Shown here: piece after piece, positions 12,003-23,969 of the stretch
Layout of the letters: every line of letters begins with the position of its first letter
Numbering within the stretch: the first letter of the stretch is position 1
NCBI GenBank assembly: GCA_050575255.1
Contig: JBNZDD010013721.1
Location: 6,268,548-6,332,547 of the forward strand
Direction of reading: 5' to 3'
DNA: 64,000 nucleotides
Origin: Harriotta raleighana
Taxonomy: Eukaryota
The notes under the pieces: model-generated
Told to the model about the DNA's origin: nothing
Seen by the model: the letters and a program-made list of their open reading frames with translations, nothing else
The model's database searches: none
Position numbers and translations under genes: made by a program

Positions 12003-13034
12003 TTAATATTCACTGGACATTTCTGTGGAGGAATCATCCTGGGATTCACCATCGGAGTCCAGGCTGAAACACGACCCATCGTTGTGTTTCACGTAGGAAG
12101 CCGGTGGCCCCTCACAGAGAGAGACTTTAGCGAAGTCAGGACACGGGCTAGAAAAAAACTGGATGCGTTTTCCGCGTGTTTTCCCCCTCTGGGATGATGC
12201 TGTGCTACAGGTGTCTGACATGTCCAGGATGCTGGAGCTGAGGCAATCATCAGTGCTCAGTGGGCTTTCGTTGAAGCTGGAATTGAGATCTGTAGAGGAA
12301 ACGCAAGGGACTGGCTTCAGCAACTTCATGTCTGTTTGGGGGCATGTTTGTGGCTGGAGACAGTCTGGTGGTAGAGGGTAGGAGCGGAGTGACGGAGGAT
12401 AAAAGCGGAGTGGAGGAGGAGAGGAGCTGCGCGTTGGAGAAGTAGAGGGGCGGCGTGATGGAGTCGAGGAGCGGAGGAGTGATGGTGGAGAGGGGTCGCC
12501 TGCTGGAGAGAGGGAGTCTGCTGGAGGGAGGGAGTCTGCTGGAGGGAGGGAGTCTGCTGGAGGGAGGGAGTCTGCTGGAGGGCTGGGTGGTTTGGGAGGA
12601 TCCTTCGGAGCCGATTTGCTTTTGATTTTCAATATCCGATCCTTGGTGAATTTGAAGACCACTGAGCTGGCGCCCACCCCGGGAGGGAGATCAAACTCGT
12701 TAGAAAAACCACGGATGCTGAAGCTGGTCGCCCCGTTTAGACCTCTGCGCTGCACCAAGTGTTCCCCGAACACTTTCATTTTCCCGTCCTTGATCTTCAG
12801 AAACACCTCCTCCGGCTTCATGCATCCCAGCTGCAAACAGTAGGAAAACTTGCCCTTGCAAGTGGCCTGTGGGTTCTGGGGTGGATCTTGGAGAGGTGGG
12901 TTTGGCGTTGAGGTCTGCGGTGGGTCTTGAGGAGGGACTGCTTGTGTCTTTGGTGGCTTCCTTGGGGTAGGAGTCAGTGATTGGTCTTGCGTGGGAACCT
13001 GCGGTGGGTTTTGCATTCCTTTCTGCCTACCCAT
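12003..13034 (-). CDS. Array gene 1: ODF1/HSPB10-like alpha-crystallin-domain protein with Pro-rich N-arm and Pro/Ser-rich tail (343 aa from first ATG)
   Basis: ACD-like KFSYCLQLGCMKPEEVFLKIKDGKMKVFGEH..RGFSNEFDLPPGVGASSVVFKFTKDRILKIK; uninterrupted ORF; shared upstream module. Confidence 0.8.
   Translation of the reverse strand: MGRQKGMQNPPQVPTQDQSLTPTPRKPPKTQAVPPQDPPQTSTPNPPLQDPPQNPQATCKGKFSYCLQLGCMKPEEVFLKIKDGKMKVFGEHLVQRRGLNGATSFSIRGFSNEFDLPPGVGASSVVFKFTKDRILKIKSKSAPKDPPKPPSPPADSLPPADSLPPADSLPPADSLSPAGDPSPPSLLRSSTPSRRPSTSPTRSSSPPPLRFYPPSLRSYPLPPDCLQPQTCPQTDMKLLKPVPCVSSTDLNSSFNESPLSTDDCLSSSILDMSDTCSTASSQRGKTRGKRIQFFSSPCPDFAKVSLCEGPPASYVKHNDGSCFSLDSDGESQDDSSTEMSSEY
12501..12582 (-). repeat. 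18-nt coding tandem repeat (PPADSL)x4-5
   Basis: GGAGTCTGCTGGAGGGAG repeated. Confidence 0.9.
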
Positions 13035-13130
13035 TAAAAAGTGAGGACAAAAACACAATCATTTATGCAACGATTCGTATTTTCCTCGCCTTTTGCTCCC
13101 CCACTGAACGCAAATCACGGGTTGACCTCT

Positions 13131-13240
13131 CTGAAAAGGCCAAGCAAGGTCAGACGGGGCAAGTGTATTTCCTTACGCCACAGGTTTGTAAGCGTGAGAT
13201 CACACTCGTCCCCTACACCTCAGCGATGAAAATGACTACA
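13131..13240 (-). promoter_or_regulatory. Shared upstream module of the array (gene 1 copy)
   Basis: Minus strand GTCATTTTCATCGCTGAGGTG..GTGTGATCTCACGCTTACAAACCTGTGGCGTAAGG..TTTTCAG; the same ordered boxes recur upstream of most array genes. Confidence 0.6.
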
Positions 13241-15551
13241 GCAAAATTGAAGCATTATTTTTTTGAATAGAAAATAGTAGTAATACATGTGACCATGGGG
13301 AGCAATGGGTGAGTAGAAACCTGCAAAAAAAGAACCGTGTTTAAAAGAAAGTGCTTAGCTCACAATAGCTTTGATGTTCAGTAAGTTCTTTTAATGGAAA
13401 GGATTGGAAGTTTTACTATTTACATTTTTTTTTACTTTGGAATCGTCGACACTGTTGGGCGATTGGCAATTTTTTGTTTTTCGGATAAGTTGGGTTTCAG
13501 ATAAAAGCCAATAACCTTTGGGAATGGGTAATGTTAGTGTTTCCAATGAATACAACGTCACCCGGAAAATACTCATTCTTCCGATAGTATTGCCGATTGT
13601 CAGGATATGATCACTTCTATTCGACTATTCTAACCGTTGGAGAATGAACTCATCTGAAAGAAAAAAAAACAAGGCAGAGAAGTTGGGCTAAACTTTGTGC
13701 TGATTGTTCGATTCTCCCAAGAATGTCCTATCTCATAGAACACACCTATCTAGAATAGTTTAACTCGATTTTCTGAGCTGAACAATATCATCAATATCCA
13801 TGTCCCGTATTGGGAATACTACTGATTAATTCCTGTATTGGGAATATTACTGATTAATTACGCACCCTCCTCTTCTCGCAAGAAATAATAAGTACCATTG
13901 TAGCATTTCTCCGCAGTCTTAGAATGAAATCACTGGTATTTGAATAATTGTCCTTTTTTTTTATTGCCACAGTTCACATGCCATAAAATATAGTTACTGA
14001 ATCTTTGAGAAACACAACATAACATTTTTTTTGTCCTTGATATGATTCAAACAGATGAATAATATAACGGTATTACTAGGGAGGGGAGGTGCTGAAGCGT
14101 TATTTTGTAGAACCAACATTTTGTAACGTGTGTAACGTTTTCACAGGACATTTAACATTGGGGATTAACATGATTTATCCCAACCATAAATTGGGAGATG
14201 TGGCCCCCACCAATATCATTGCTAAACTCATTGAGTGACAAATGTAACTGTCTCTCCTTGTTCAAGAAGTTTCTGTTGCCACATTCATGTGCAGTCAATT
14301 TCCCAATGTATTTCACGGCAAGAAGCGCCCAACGTTCAAGTGAAGACATGTTAATGTTTGACACGAAGGAAATAACTATTCAGAGTATCGAAGCAGTGAA
14401 GGGGTAAGACAGCCTTCTTTTTAAAACAATTCGTGTATTATTAACGCATTTAGTTTAGGTGTGTTTAGATGTGTTTATATTTACTTTTTTAAAATTATCT
14501 AATTGCTTTGTATGATTAGAGTATTGCATCTTTCTCGCGTGAAATAATAGTTTGTTTGTGTTTCACGGATATAGGAGTCAGGAAACTCTGTGGAAAAGAA
14601 AAGTGGATGAAAATACGATCGATTTCCAAATTATGTATGAGAGACAATTCTTGAGGTGAGTCCAATTTCAAACATACTCCAGCAACTCCTCTCCCATCGC
14701 ATATAGTCCTGGCGATCATTCAGTTTGTTAAATTGCATTAGACCTAATAACAAATGCTGTCTCCAAGGTACACACAACTGATCATGACAATTTATATTCA
14801 GTGAATTGTGGATACCTCCCATACACACACACACAGACCCACAGATCACCTCAGAGTGGAATATGTCAGATCAGAAGACGGTAAAGGTGTAACAACATCA
14901 CCTTAGGACGCTAGTTAAACTCAGTATAACATATACTGATATTCAGCCTTGCAATAATCCCTTCTCAACTATAGGTTGTTATGGCTACATATAGACCATA
15001 TGATAAGATTTTGTGTGTTCTAATATTGTTCCCATAACTAGTAGCCTCACCCACTTTCCTCTTACAAGAACGTTTTATGTAGGAGTGGGATTCATTGAAT
15101 GACTGCAACAAAACATTAATTCTGAATTTTATTTAACGGAAACATATTAGAGGTTCCTGATTCAAGTTCTAAATTAATGCATAGGTAGATTTCCTGGAAC
15201 ATTTGCAATATTCCAGAATACAAACGGCTTTCTTTCTCTATCTTTTCGGAAGGTGTGTTTTAACCTGTCCTGGCCAAAGTTTGCTCAATAACGACTTTGT
15301 CTGTCTTTCTGTCTCCCTGTGTGTGTGTGTGTCTCTCTCTCTCTCTGTCTCTCTCTATCTCTGTGTTGGGAGCTCAGAGGCAGGATATTTCAGGTTCCCC
15401 CTTTGAAGGATCGGTCAAAAGCAATCTGGAGTTTTCAGAACANCTCTCTCTCTCTCTGTCTCTGTCTCTCTCTATCTCTGTGTTGGGAGCTCAGAGGCAG
15501 GATATTTCAGGTTCCCCCTTTGAAGGATCGGTCAAAAGCAATCTGGAGTTT

Positions 15552-16403
15552 TCAGAACAGTCGTGGGCAACAACAGAGCGGGAAATTTTCAAACGAGCCC
15601 TTGTTTTTTTTCTTCCTGACCCTTTTGGGGTCAGGTTTGCGTTTCCTGGGGGCAGGTTTCGGTCGGGTCCCACGTGTCTGGGCTGCGGGTTTCGAAGTGG
15701 CGTACTGGTCTCCAGTGGAGGTGTTGGACGACTTGCTTGTACCAGTGGATTCCGGTGGACTGGACGCGATGGATAATTTGCTTGTGTCAGTCGTGACAAG
15801 ACGCAGGGAGCAGGCGGAAGACTTTTTGGACTCGCTGGTTTCAGTCGGAGTGCAGCTGAGGGAACTCTTGGACTCAGAGCTGCAGTCCGAGCTGGACACG
15901 CGTCTCCTGCTCGGCTGTTTGCTCATGGACCTCCCTTCCGCGTGTAAATTGGATCTTCTGGGCGAAGGGCGCCTGAAATCCGAGGAACGATCGTCGGATT
16001 CGTAGTTCTTGGCTTTGAAGGGGGGTAACTTCAGTCTGGGGTCCGACGGCGGGGATCTTCTCGACACAGCACTCCGGGAGCGGCCACTTGGCTTGGACAG
16101 CTGCAGCTGCTGGACCTCAGCCGTCTTCGGCTCCGTCTTGCAGGTGGAGTAATCGGCTTCGATCAGCAGCGTGTGTTTCTCGCACACGGTCAGACTCACG
16201 GTTCTCGGGTCCACTTCCCGGGGAAGGCTGAAGGTGTTGGAGAAGCCGTGGTAATTGCGCCTGAGCATGCCATCCTCCTCCACCGTCATTTCAACCCGTT
16301 CGCCAGACACGTTCACTGTGTGGTCCTTGATGTTGCCTTTTATATTCTCTGGCAAAATATCCCCCAGGTTTATACGGACGGAAAACTTCGGGCGAGGCTT
16401 CAT
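15552..16403 (-). CDS. Array gene 2: alpha-crystallin-domain protein with Ser/Arg/Lys-rich tail ending CCCPRLF (start uncertain)
   Basis: KFSVRINLGDILPENIKGNIKDHTVNVSGERVE..DGMLRRNYHGFSNTFSLPREVDPRTVSLTVCEKHTLLIEA. Confidence 0.82.
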   Translation of the reverse strand: MKPRPKFSVRINLGDILPENIKGNIKDHTVNVSGERVEMTVEEDGMLRRNYHGFSNTFSLPREVDPRTVSLTVCEKHTLLIEADYSTCKTEPKTAEVQQLQLSKPSGRSRSAVSRRSPPSDPRLKLPPFKAKNYESDDRSSDFRRPSPRRSNLHAEGRSMSKQPSRRRVSSSDCSSESKSSLSCTPTETSESKKSSACSLRLVTTDTSKLSIASSPPESTGTSKSSNTSTGDQYATSKPAAQTRGTRPKPAPRKRKPDPKRVRKKKNKGSFENFPLCCCPRLF

Positions 16404-16530
16404 TTCCACTGAACATTGGATGTATCTTTCCAGAAGTTTTCGCTTTCCACTCCTATAGCTGATATCCAGAGAGGGGGAGGATCCATAGCTATCCCATGTT
16501 AGTTGGTGTGGTTCACTGAAGTTGCAATTT

Positions 16531-16606
16531 TCTGAAAAACGTCAGTGCATTTGCTTACGCAGCGGATTTGTGAGCGCTTTGTGCACCTCTATGATGAAAA
16601 TGACTA
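16531..16606 (-). promoter_or_regulatory. Shared upstream module (gene 2 copy)
   Basis: AGTCATTTTCATCATAGAGGTG..GCTCACAAATCCGCTGCGTAAGCAAATG..TTTTTCAGAAA on the minus strand. Confidence 0.6.
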
Positions 16607-17054
16607 TATACCGTTAAAGCATCAACATTAGTATAAACGGTGGCACCCAGCGCGTAATGGTTATAACAATGCGTCCAAGAAAAATGTTCCAAGGAGTTTG
16701 TTACCTATAGAGATGTTTGCTGCCCCTCAACCCCCCCCACCACCAATCAATCCTAAATTAAACTCCAATTCATGTCAAAACCAGAAGCTTGCAGTATAAA
16801 GCCGATAGTATGGAGGGGGATGGAAGGAAGTGAGCAATTGTAAATGCAAGTGATATGTAGATATATAAAGTTCACATTAGCGAAAAGGTGTTGGAACTCA
16901 GCACAAAGGGTTAGACGTGGTGGCGTCCCCTTTCACTGCATGGAATACCTTAGACGTGGAATGATTAGTTATTTCACCCACAAACTACAGTCAATTCACT
17001 GAACGGTGTATTCTGTGAAGCACTTTGATCGAAAGTGCTGATCGACGTGATGAG

Positions 17055-17330
17055 GAGCTCCTGTGGCTCAGTGGTTAGAGCACTCGCCTTACAAGCGTGG
17101 NATGATGAGGAGCTCCTATGGCTCAGTGGTTACTCGCCTTACAAGAGTGGGACCTGTGGTCGAATCCAGGTAGATCAGGGTGAAACCTTGGGCAAGTTTC
17201 CTTACTCCACATGCCGAATAATAATCCCTCCATGAAAAACCACAATAATAAAATTGGTCATTCGGGACGTCGATAAGATGTGAAAACCTCTATATCAAAT
17301 GCAATGATTATTATTATTACATAAATGCAA
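17055..17330 (+). mobile_element. tRNA-derived SINE (internally deleted; head duplicated across the N at 17101)
   Basis: A box TGGCTCAGTGG, B-box-like GGTCGAATCC, family body GGCAAGTTTCCTTACTCCA and an (ATT)n tail. Confidence 0.75.
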
Positions 17331-17979
17331 GGATTATTTTAATAGGATTATTATTTTCATTTGGTAATAATCCCTCAAAGTAGACCTAAGGGAAATGTCC
17401 CAGAGAGAAAATTAAAAGCTGTCAACTTGTTCTTTTTTTTATCGTAATTAATTAGAGTTGCTGCTGTGTACTTATAGTCTAATTTACCCCCCCCCCCACC
17501 ACCACCCACGCTTCATCTATTAAGGGGGTGGGCGGGGGGGAGCGAAAACAAACAAAAATCAAAATAAAAACTCATAATTTATTTATAAGATACAATTTAT
17601 AAGTTTTCATACAATTTAATTTATTTTTTAAATTCTAAGCATGTCTCTATAAGTATGTCTAAAGATAAATTCTATTGATACGCTTTGAGACTTCTCAAGG
17701 TGCTGGATCATATGCAATAATAATTATTATTTATTGCTTTGCTAATCAAGTATGACATCTGTTTGCCATATGCAGCAAAAAATTGAAGGAAACAAACGTC
17801 AAGTCTCAGTTTTATTAAAGTAACAGCCCGAGGAATCGAGCGGTAAATTGTTTTACAGGAGTAAATTAAATAAACGCCCTCATCGCCTTATTAACTGACT
17901 GTCCAATTACATCCCCTGTATCCCGAGGACATCTGTACTTTGGAGGGAAAGTGTCTAAGAGTGTCCTGAAGTCCCACCG

Positions 17980-18582
17980 CTAGACTGACCCACAGCACAG
18001 AGGACAACACGGCTTTGGGGCTGGTGATACTGGCTGTAGTTTAACCCAACTGCTATTGGGTTCACAGGCCGCCAAAGGGCCAGGTTTGCGCCTGTTATCT
18101 CGGCTGTCGCCCTTTGACTTGGGACCACCTCCTCCTCCTTTCTTATTATCCCTCGAGTTCTGCGGCGACGAGTCTCTCGCTGATTTGCGAATCTCAATGG
18201 GATTTTTGTGAGTCCTCGGCGGCTCCTGAAACTGTGTCTTGGAGCCAGCGTTCTTCTTGTTGGGCATTCGTCCAGCTGAATATTTGTCCCCTTGGATGAG
18301 GATGGTGTCATCGTTGGGGACGGTCAGGATCAGGGAATCTGGATCCACGTCGTCGGGAAGGTTAAACTCGTTGGAGAAACCGTGAAAGTTGTAGCTGATC
18401 TCTCCATTCTTGGTCTTGATCTCATCCACGTGTTGGCCAAACACGTTGACCCGACTGTCCCGGACTGTGGCGTTCACTTTGTGTGGGGATTTCGAATTGC
18501 GCAAATTGACTGCGACATTGTACTTCGGTGGGTGGGCGAAGGAAGCAGAGTGTAGTTTCTCTCGAGACCTCGGTTTTGACAT
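17980..18582 (-). CDS. Array gene 3: alpha-crystallin-domain protein, 200 aa, basic tail ending CCPLCCGSV
   Basis: KYNVAVNLRNSKSPHKVNATVRDSRVNVFGQHVDE..SYNFHGFSNEFNLPDDVDPDSLILTVPNDDTILIQG. Confidence 0.85.
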   Translation of the reverse strand: MSKPRSREKLHSASFAHPPKYNVAVNLRNSKSPHKVNATVRDSRVNVFGQHVDEIKTKNGEISYNFHGFSNEFNLPDDVDPDSLILTVPNDDTILIQGDKYSAGRMPNKKNAGSKTQFQEPPRTHKNPIEIRKSARDSSPQNSRDNKKGGGGGPKSKGDSRDNRRKPGPLAACEPNSSWVKLQPVSPAPKPCCPLCCGSV

Positions 18583-18675
18583 GTTTCCCTGTGCCTCTCG
18601 GATGCCTAGAGATACCGGTTCCCGGTGCCAAATTTGCCTTGACCCGCGCTGTGTAAATTCACAGGCTTATAAGTT

Positions 18676-18750
18676 TCTGAAAACAAGAGCAAACAGTATT
18701 TGCTTACGCCACAGAACTGTAAACGTGTCTAACTATGATGCAAATGACTG
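18676..18750 (-). promoter_or_regulatory. Shared upstream module (gene 3 copy)
   Basis: AGTCATTTGCATCATAG..CACGTTTACAGTTCTGTGGCGTAAGCAAATA..TTTTCAGAAA on the minus strand. Confidence 0.6.
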
Positions 18751-20568
18751 GACAAGCTGAAGTATCACTCGTTATTTACCCAAATAATGTGTATGTGTGG
18801 GGGGGAGGGGGGGGGGGGGGGCGGGGGGGNNNNNNNNNNNNNNNNNNNNNNNNNNNNNNNNNNNNNNNNNNNNNNNNNNNNNNNNNNNNNNNNNNNNNNN
18901 NNGGGGGGGTGGAGTGGGGTGGAGGGAAAATGTTGACAGGGTTTAATAATTATTGAGAAAAGTTAGACAATTGGGGAGAAAAACTAATGTGGTAAATATA
19001 TTAACTAAGAAAAGTTTTCCACGTAATGTTAGCACGATAAGTAATTGTACTTCAACTGGGGGTGGTTTCTCCACACTGTCTGCTTCTGTCAGCCGCCCCC
19101 AACTTATTGTTTCTATTTCGTGTTTCAACTCTCAAGAAAGGAGAACTGTCCATGTGTGTAACATTGCTGTTTTCCACTCTTCCTGGTGCCTTTTTAATAA
19201 TTGGTGGTGATGCCGGGAAATCATTTATTCATGTTTTCATGATTCATTTTTATTTCACACGACTTTGCTTGCCAAACGTGAACTGAAAAGGTGGGTCACA
19301 GTCGGTTTTTGCTGTGCAATAATCTTGCAAACTCGAAAGCATGAACTCAACCAGCCTCCAAGCCCGATGCTTCACTCCTCTGGAGAAAGTTCGCAATTTA
19401 CAGTTATCGCGTGTTCCTGATGCGTCGCGGCACTGCCACATGCTGAATTGATATTAAAAGCATTTGATAAATGTTTCTTTACAGAACAATGTAATTTTCT
19501 CTCACCACATACCTGCCTCTCACCATACCTGCCACCCAACACAGCTGAAACTCTCACCCATGTGCCCATCATCTCCCCCCACTCAATTATTCGAACGCCC
19601 TCCTCATTGGTCTGCCCAGCTCTTCTATCAACAAAATCCAATCTATTCAAAACTCTGTCACTCATACACATATATTCGCACGACGGTCGCTGTGCAAATG
19701 CCAAGTTGTTTATTTGCCTCTGTGGTTGTCACATCCGTTAATTACTCACTGCTGAGAATCTGGTGGTGGGTCCAATTTAGACATATAAGTAGGTGGACTG
19801 CTTCCAATCCCTTGAAGAGCACAGTCGCAAAGGAATCCAGGGATGAAAATATTCTCTATAATTCAGCCCCAACTCAGCATCCCGTTTGCCACGAACTAAT
19901 GAGTAAATCGTTGATATTTGTAACATCTTATTGATGTTGCCTTTCCCATTTGTTGTGTCCCTCTCGATTCAGTGACCTCAGAATGGGTTCATTGTTCGGT
20001 TGGGTGACAGGAGTGTGAAATTGTGAAGACTCACAAACAAAATGTTTTAGTCATTTGGGAATACTTTTTGAATACTGCACCAAATCTTCGAATTGAACAC
20101 AGTGGTAAATTAGAATTGACTACATGACTGAAGTCTGCCACGTAGTAATTAATTATGTGTGGTGTACCTACTCTGTTTCATGAGAAATGGATAAAATATG
20201 TATGTTGCACATATCTAAGAATTATTCATCAAAAAAGTTAAAATATCAGCAAGCTTTGTTTATAATAATAACCTTAATAATAATCCTTGCATTTCATATA
20301 GGCCTTATCATATCATTGCGATTCCCCAAAGAGCTTCACAGAATATTTTGAGACTGCTTTCAACACACTATGCAAGTGTTTAGCCAGATTAAATAAAACA
20401 GATTCGGCTCACTAAACAATCGCTAAATAATTACTGTCTTTGAGAACATAAATTTGTTTGGAAGAGAGATTGTAATAATAAATAAAGATTCCTGCATTTC
20501 GTACAGCACCATATGTTGGAAAGATGTCTCAAAGTGCTTTAAGGGATTTATTGTGGAGTTATTATGTA

Positions 20569-20796
20569 CAGGCAGTCCTCAAGTTACGACGTTCTGAGGT
20601 ACAACAATTCGAAGTTGCGACGCTTAATATCAGTAAAATTATGTCCGAGTTACATCCAAAGTCTCGAAGTTACGACACTACAACCAATCACTGTGTGTTA
20701 CTGTAAGCATTATAGGGGCGTGACTCGACTTACATACAAATTCGACTTACACCACATCTTAGGAACCTAACCCTGACGTAACTTGAGGACTGCCTG
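20569..20796. mobile_element. Tigger/pogo-type MITE
   Basis: Perfect 20-bp TIRs CAGGCAGTCCTCAAGTTACG / CGTAACTTGAGGACTGCCTG flanked by TA. Confidence 0.85.
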
Positions 20797-20820
20797 TATT
20801 TGTAGGCAAATGTGGCAGCC

Positions 20821-21690
20821 CAACAACAACAACAACAAAATTACACTTGTATAGCACCTTTCAAATCAGGAGGACGTCTCAAAGTGCTGAACAGTCAGGT
20901 CGGGTCTCGAGCGGGGGGGTGGGGGGCGGGGGCGCGGGGGTACGGGGAGGGGGAAGGAAAGCAGGAGAGGGGGAAGAGTTGGGGGTGAGCTGAAGATGTG
21001 GTCAAAGAAGGTAATTGAGACGGGCCTTGAAGGAGGAAAGGGAGGAAGCAAGGCAGAGGGACTGCAGGATGGAGTTCCAAAGTGTGGGGACAGAGAGGCT
21101 GAAAGCCCGGCACTGATGGTTGGGCATTTAGGGCGGTGGATGCTGAACAGGCCTGAATCTGCTGAACGGAGAATGCGGGCAGGCTGATAGGGAGACAGCA
21201 GGTCCGAGAGATAGATGGGGGCAAGGCTGTGAATGGCCGTGAAGGTGTGGACGAGGATCTTATATTTGATCTTCTGAGGGATGGGGAGCCACTGGAGTCA
21301 GGCGAGGGTGGGGGTGATATAGTCTCCAGAGTGCGGGAGAGTACATGAGCTGCAGAATTCTGAATGATCTGCAGCCTGTGAAGGGAGGAGTTGGGAAGGC
21401 CAATGAGGAGAGAGTTCCCATAGTCAAGCCTAGAAGTGATAAAGGCATGATTAAGGGTCTCGGCGGCATGGTCCGGCGGCGGCATCTCGAAGTAGTGGTG
21501 GAGTCTGGCAATATTGCGGAGGAGGTGGAAGGCTGTGCTGGTTAGGGAGTGGATGTGGGGGAGGAAGGATAGTTCTGGGTCGAACAAGATGCCCAGATTC
21601 CTGATTGGCTTTGAGAGGTGGAGAGAGCAGCCTTGGACGCTGATGGTTTCAGCGCTTAAGGTGCGGAGGCACTGAATTGAGCCCAATAGC
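20821..21690 (-). mobile_element. L2-clade LINE 3' fragment
   Basis: IRNLGILFDPELSF..FHLLRNIARL..AETLNHAFITSRLDYGNSLLIGLP..LQIIQNSAA (L2 ORF2), the L2 3' end and a (TTG)n tail. Confidence 0.9.
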
Positions 21691-22071
21691 GTACAAACAT
21701 GTTTAACATCTCATCTGAAAGAGTGCATGGCCATTTTGCTGAGATTTGAATTCCAAATGACTTATTTGAGAGTGAATATGTGAGGATAATAAATCACTTC
21801 TTATGTGTTTTAAAACACACTTTCAACCAAAAAGCCCAGTCTGTTTTTAATCATTAACTGCCAGTAGCTCTATACTTTTTCCCAATACTACATGATTAAT
21901 TGCTTAGTAAGTTGTGATTAGAGATCCATACAGTAGGTAATTATACTATACTTCTCTTTTTCCATTGGCTAATATAATATTGAATATTATCACACATTTA
22001 AACAAATTAATATCTTCAAGTTCCTGATTCTCACTTTTAAAGCAAGCCCTCCACAGTCTTGCTCCATCCTC

Positions 22072-22398
22072 AGCTCCTGTGGCTCAGTGGTTAGAGCACT
22101 CGCCTTACATGCCTTACAAGCATGAGACCTGTGTTCGAATCCAGGCAGATCAGGGCGAAACCTTGGGCAAGTTTCCTTACTCCATATGCCTAATAATAAT
22201 CCCTCCAAAAAAACCACAATAATAAAATTGGTCATTTCAATCTATGACTGTTTGTGGCACACTGCTGTGCGCAATTGGCTGCCGCATTCCGACCACAAAT
22301 ATAGTCAATTCACTTTACAGTATATTCTGTGAAACGCTTTGGGACGTTGATAAAATGTGAAAAGCGCTATATCAAAATGCAAGGATTATTATTATTAT
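22072..22398 (+). mobile_element. Near full-length tRNA-derived SINE with L2-type 3' tail
   Basis: A box TGGCTCAGTGG, B box GTTCGAATCC, conserved core TGCTGTGCGCAATTGGCTGCCGC, tail GCTTTGGGACGTT..AAGCGCTATAT..GCAAGG(ATT)n. Many partial copies lie elsewhere in the window. Confidence 0.85.
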
Positions 22399-23969
22399 CC
22401 TACCTCTGCGACCTACAAAAACATTACCAACCTGTCCCCTAAATCTGTCTGTTCCATGTCCCTGTCCTGTCCACTGCACCATCAGTGGTCAGGCCTTAAA
22501 CCTTCTGCCCTCATCTTCAGGAACTCCATCTAAGAGTCCCTTCACGTTGTCCCTTCCCTTGCTGCTTTCAAGCATGTCACAAATCTTTTCCTTGACACTG
22601 TTATCAGTCATCCTCCCAGCCCCACCACTTTGCCCTCCACCACTTTTCATTCCAACCCCCATTTTGGGTGCACACCTTGGGAAGTCTTCCTGATATGACA
22701 GACTGTAGCAATGCAATTTATTGTTGCTATTAAAGAAAAAGTGTCAAATTTCCAGTGTAGTAATTTCTTTGGGATATACAATATTATTTCCCCTCATTTT
22801 TGCAAATTGAAACAGCCTACCAATATCCTCTTTATCAAAAATTATCATAAACGTAAATACCTCCATAGAGTATCCTTTCAATCTTTCTTTGTGCAGAAAA
22901 ATTCATGCAGATGTGATGGTTAAACAATGCGATCTTGCTGAAACTTTGTGTTTCTCTCCCTTACATTTTAAAACCACTTACAAATGTTTCCTGTCCAATT
23001 CCGCCAGTTCTGCCTTAGGAACTAGACTAGTCAATTCCCCAGTCACTTAGAATAATGTACTGATAGAATTATTTTTAATGGTTTAAACTCAGAAAATAAT
23101 CTCCTCTCCCAAATCTGTTGATTCATATTCTGTTTGCGATGAATAAAATATGCCTGGTAAAGATTAATAATTGAATGGGATTCTTCAAGTGTATGTTTTG
23201 GATGGAGAAGGAAGACTAATGATCATTTCTAGTATTTTACTGCATTTAACATTTGAGTGTGTCAGGTTGTGACCCACATGTGGTCCCATCATTATTAGAT
23301 AATTTCATTATTACATATACTTCCATGCATCTTGCAGCACATAATTGGCAGCCATCTATATTGGGAAGAGGCATATAAATAAGTATGGAATGGGGAAGGG
23401 TAATTTAGCCTATCAACCTGTTTTTTTCACAGACCAAACAAAGTCATGAATATTTTTTCCACTGACTCTAGGAATGGATTAATCCTTTATCAGTTTGTTA
23501 AGAATATAAAGAAAATCAATTACATAATTACATATGAAATATTAAGGCAATAATTAATATTTATAATCCTCTGTCTAATTTACTGTATGTGTGATTCTAA
23601 GTGTTTCAAAGGCTAATTGATATTATCAGAATTAATTTCAGGAGCTGTTACTAATGTTAATTTCTGATATATAATTATGGATACATGTGTAAATTAACTT
23701 GGACAACTGAAACAAATATCAGACCTGCATTTTATTATACGTCATTGACAACTGTTGTTTTCACTTCCAAATGAAATTGGTTTTCCTGCACCAGTGGTTC
23801 CAGAAAAAAAAAAAATCTTCCTCATCATATATTAAGTACCACACACTCCCATGTTGCACTTAATATTAGAAAGGTCAGAGTTTGCCTTCGCCTTGTATTT
23901 ACTCTCTTTTAGGCTGAAGAGATTTGTATTGTAGAAGCTGCAAAATAACCCGTTGGGTTTGAAATAAGT

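Noticed and set aside
22072-22150. tRNA-like sequence with A and B boxes (also at 17055 and 62680)
   Set aside because: Continues into a SINE body and L2-type tail; these are SINE heads, not tRNA genes.
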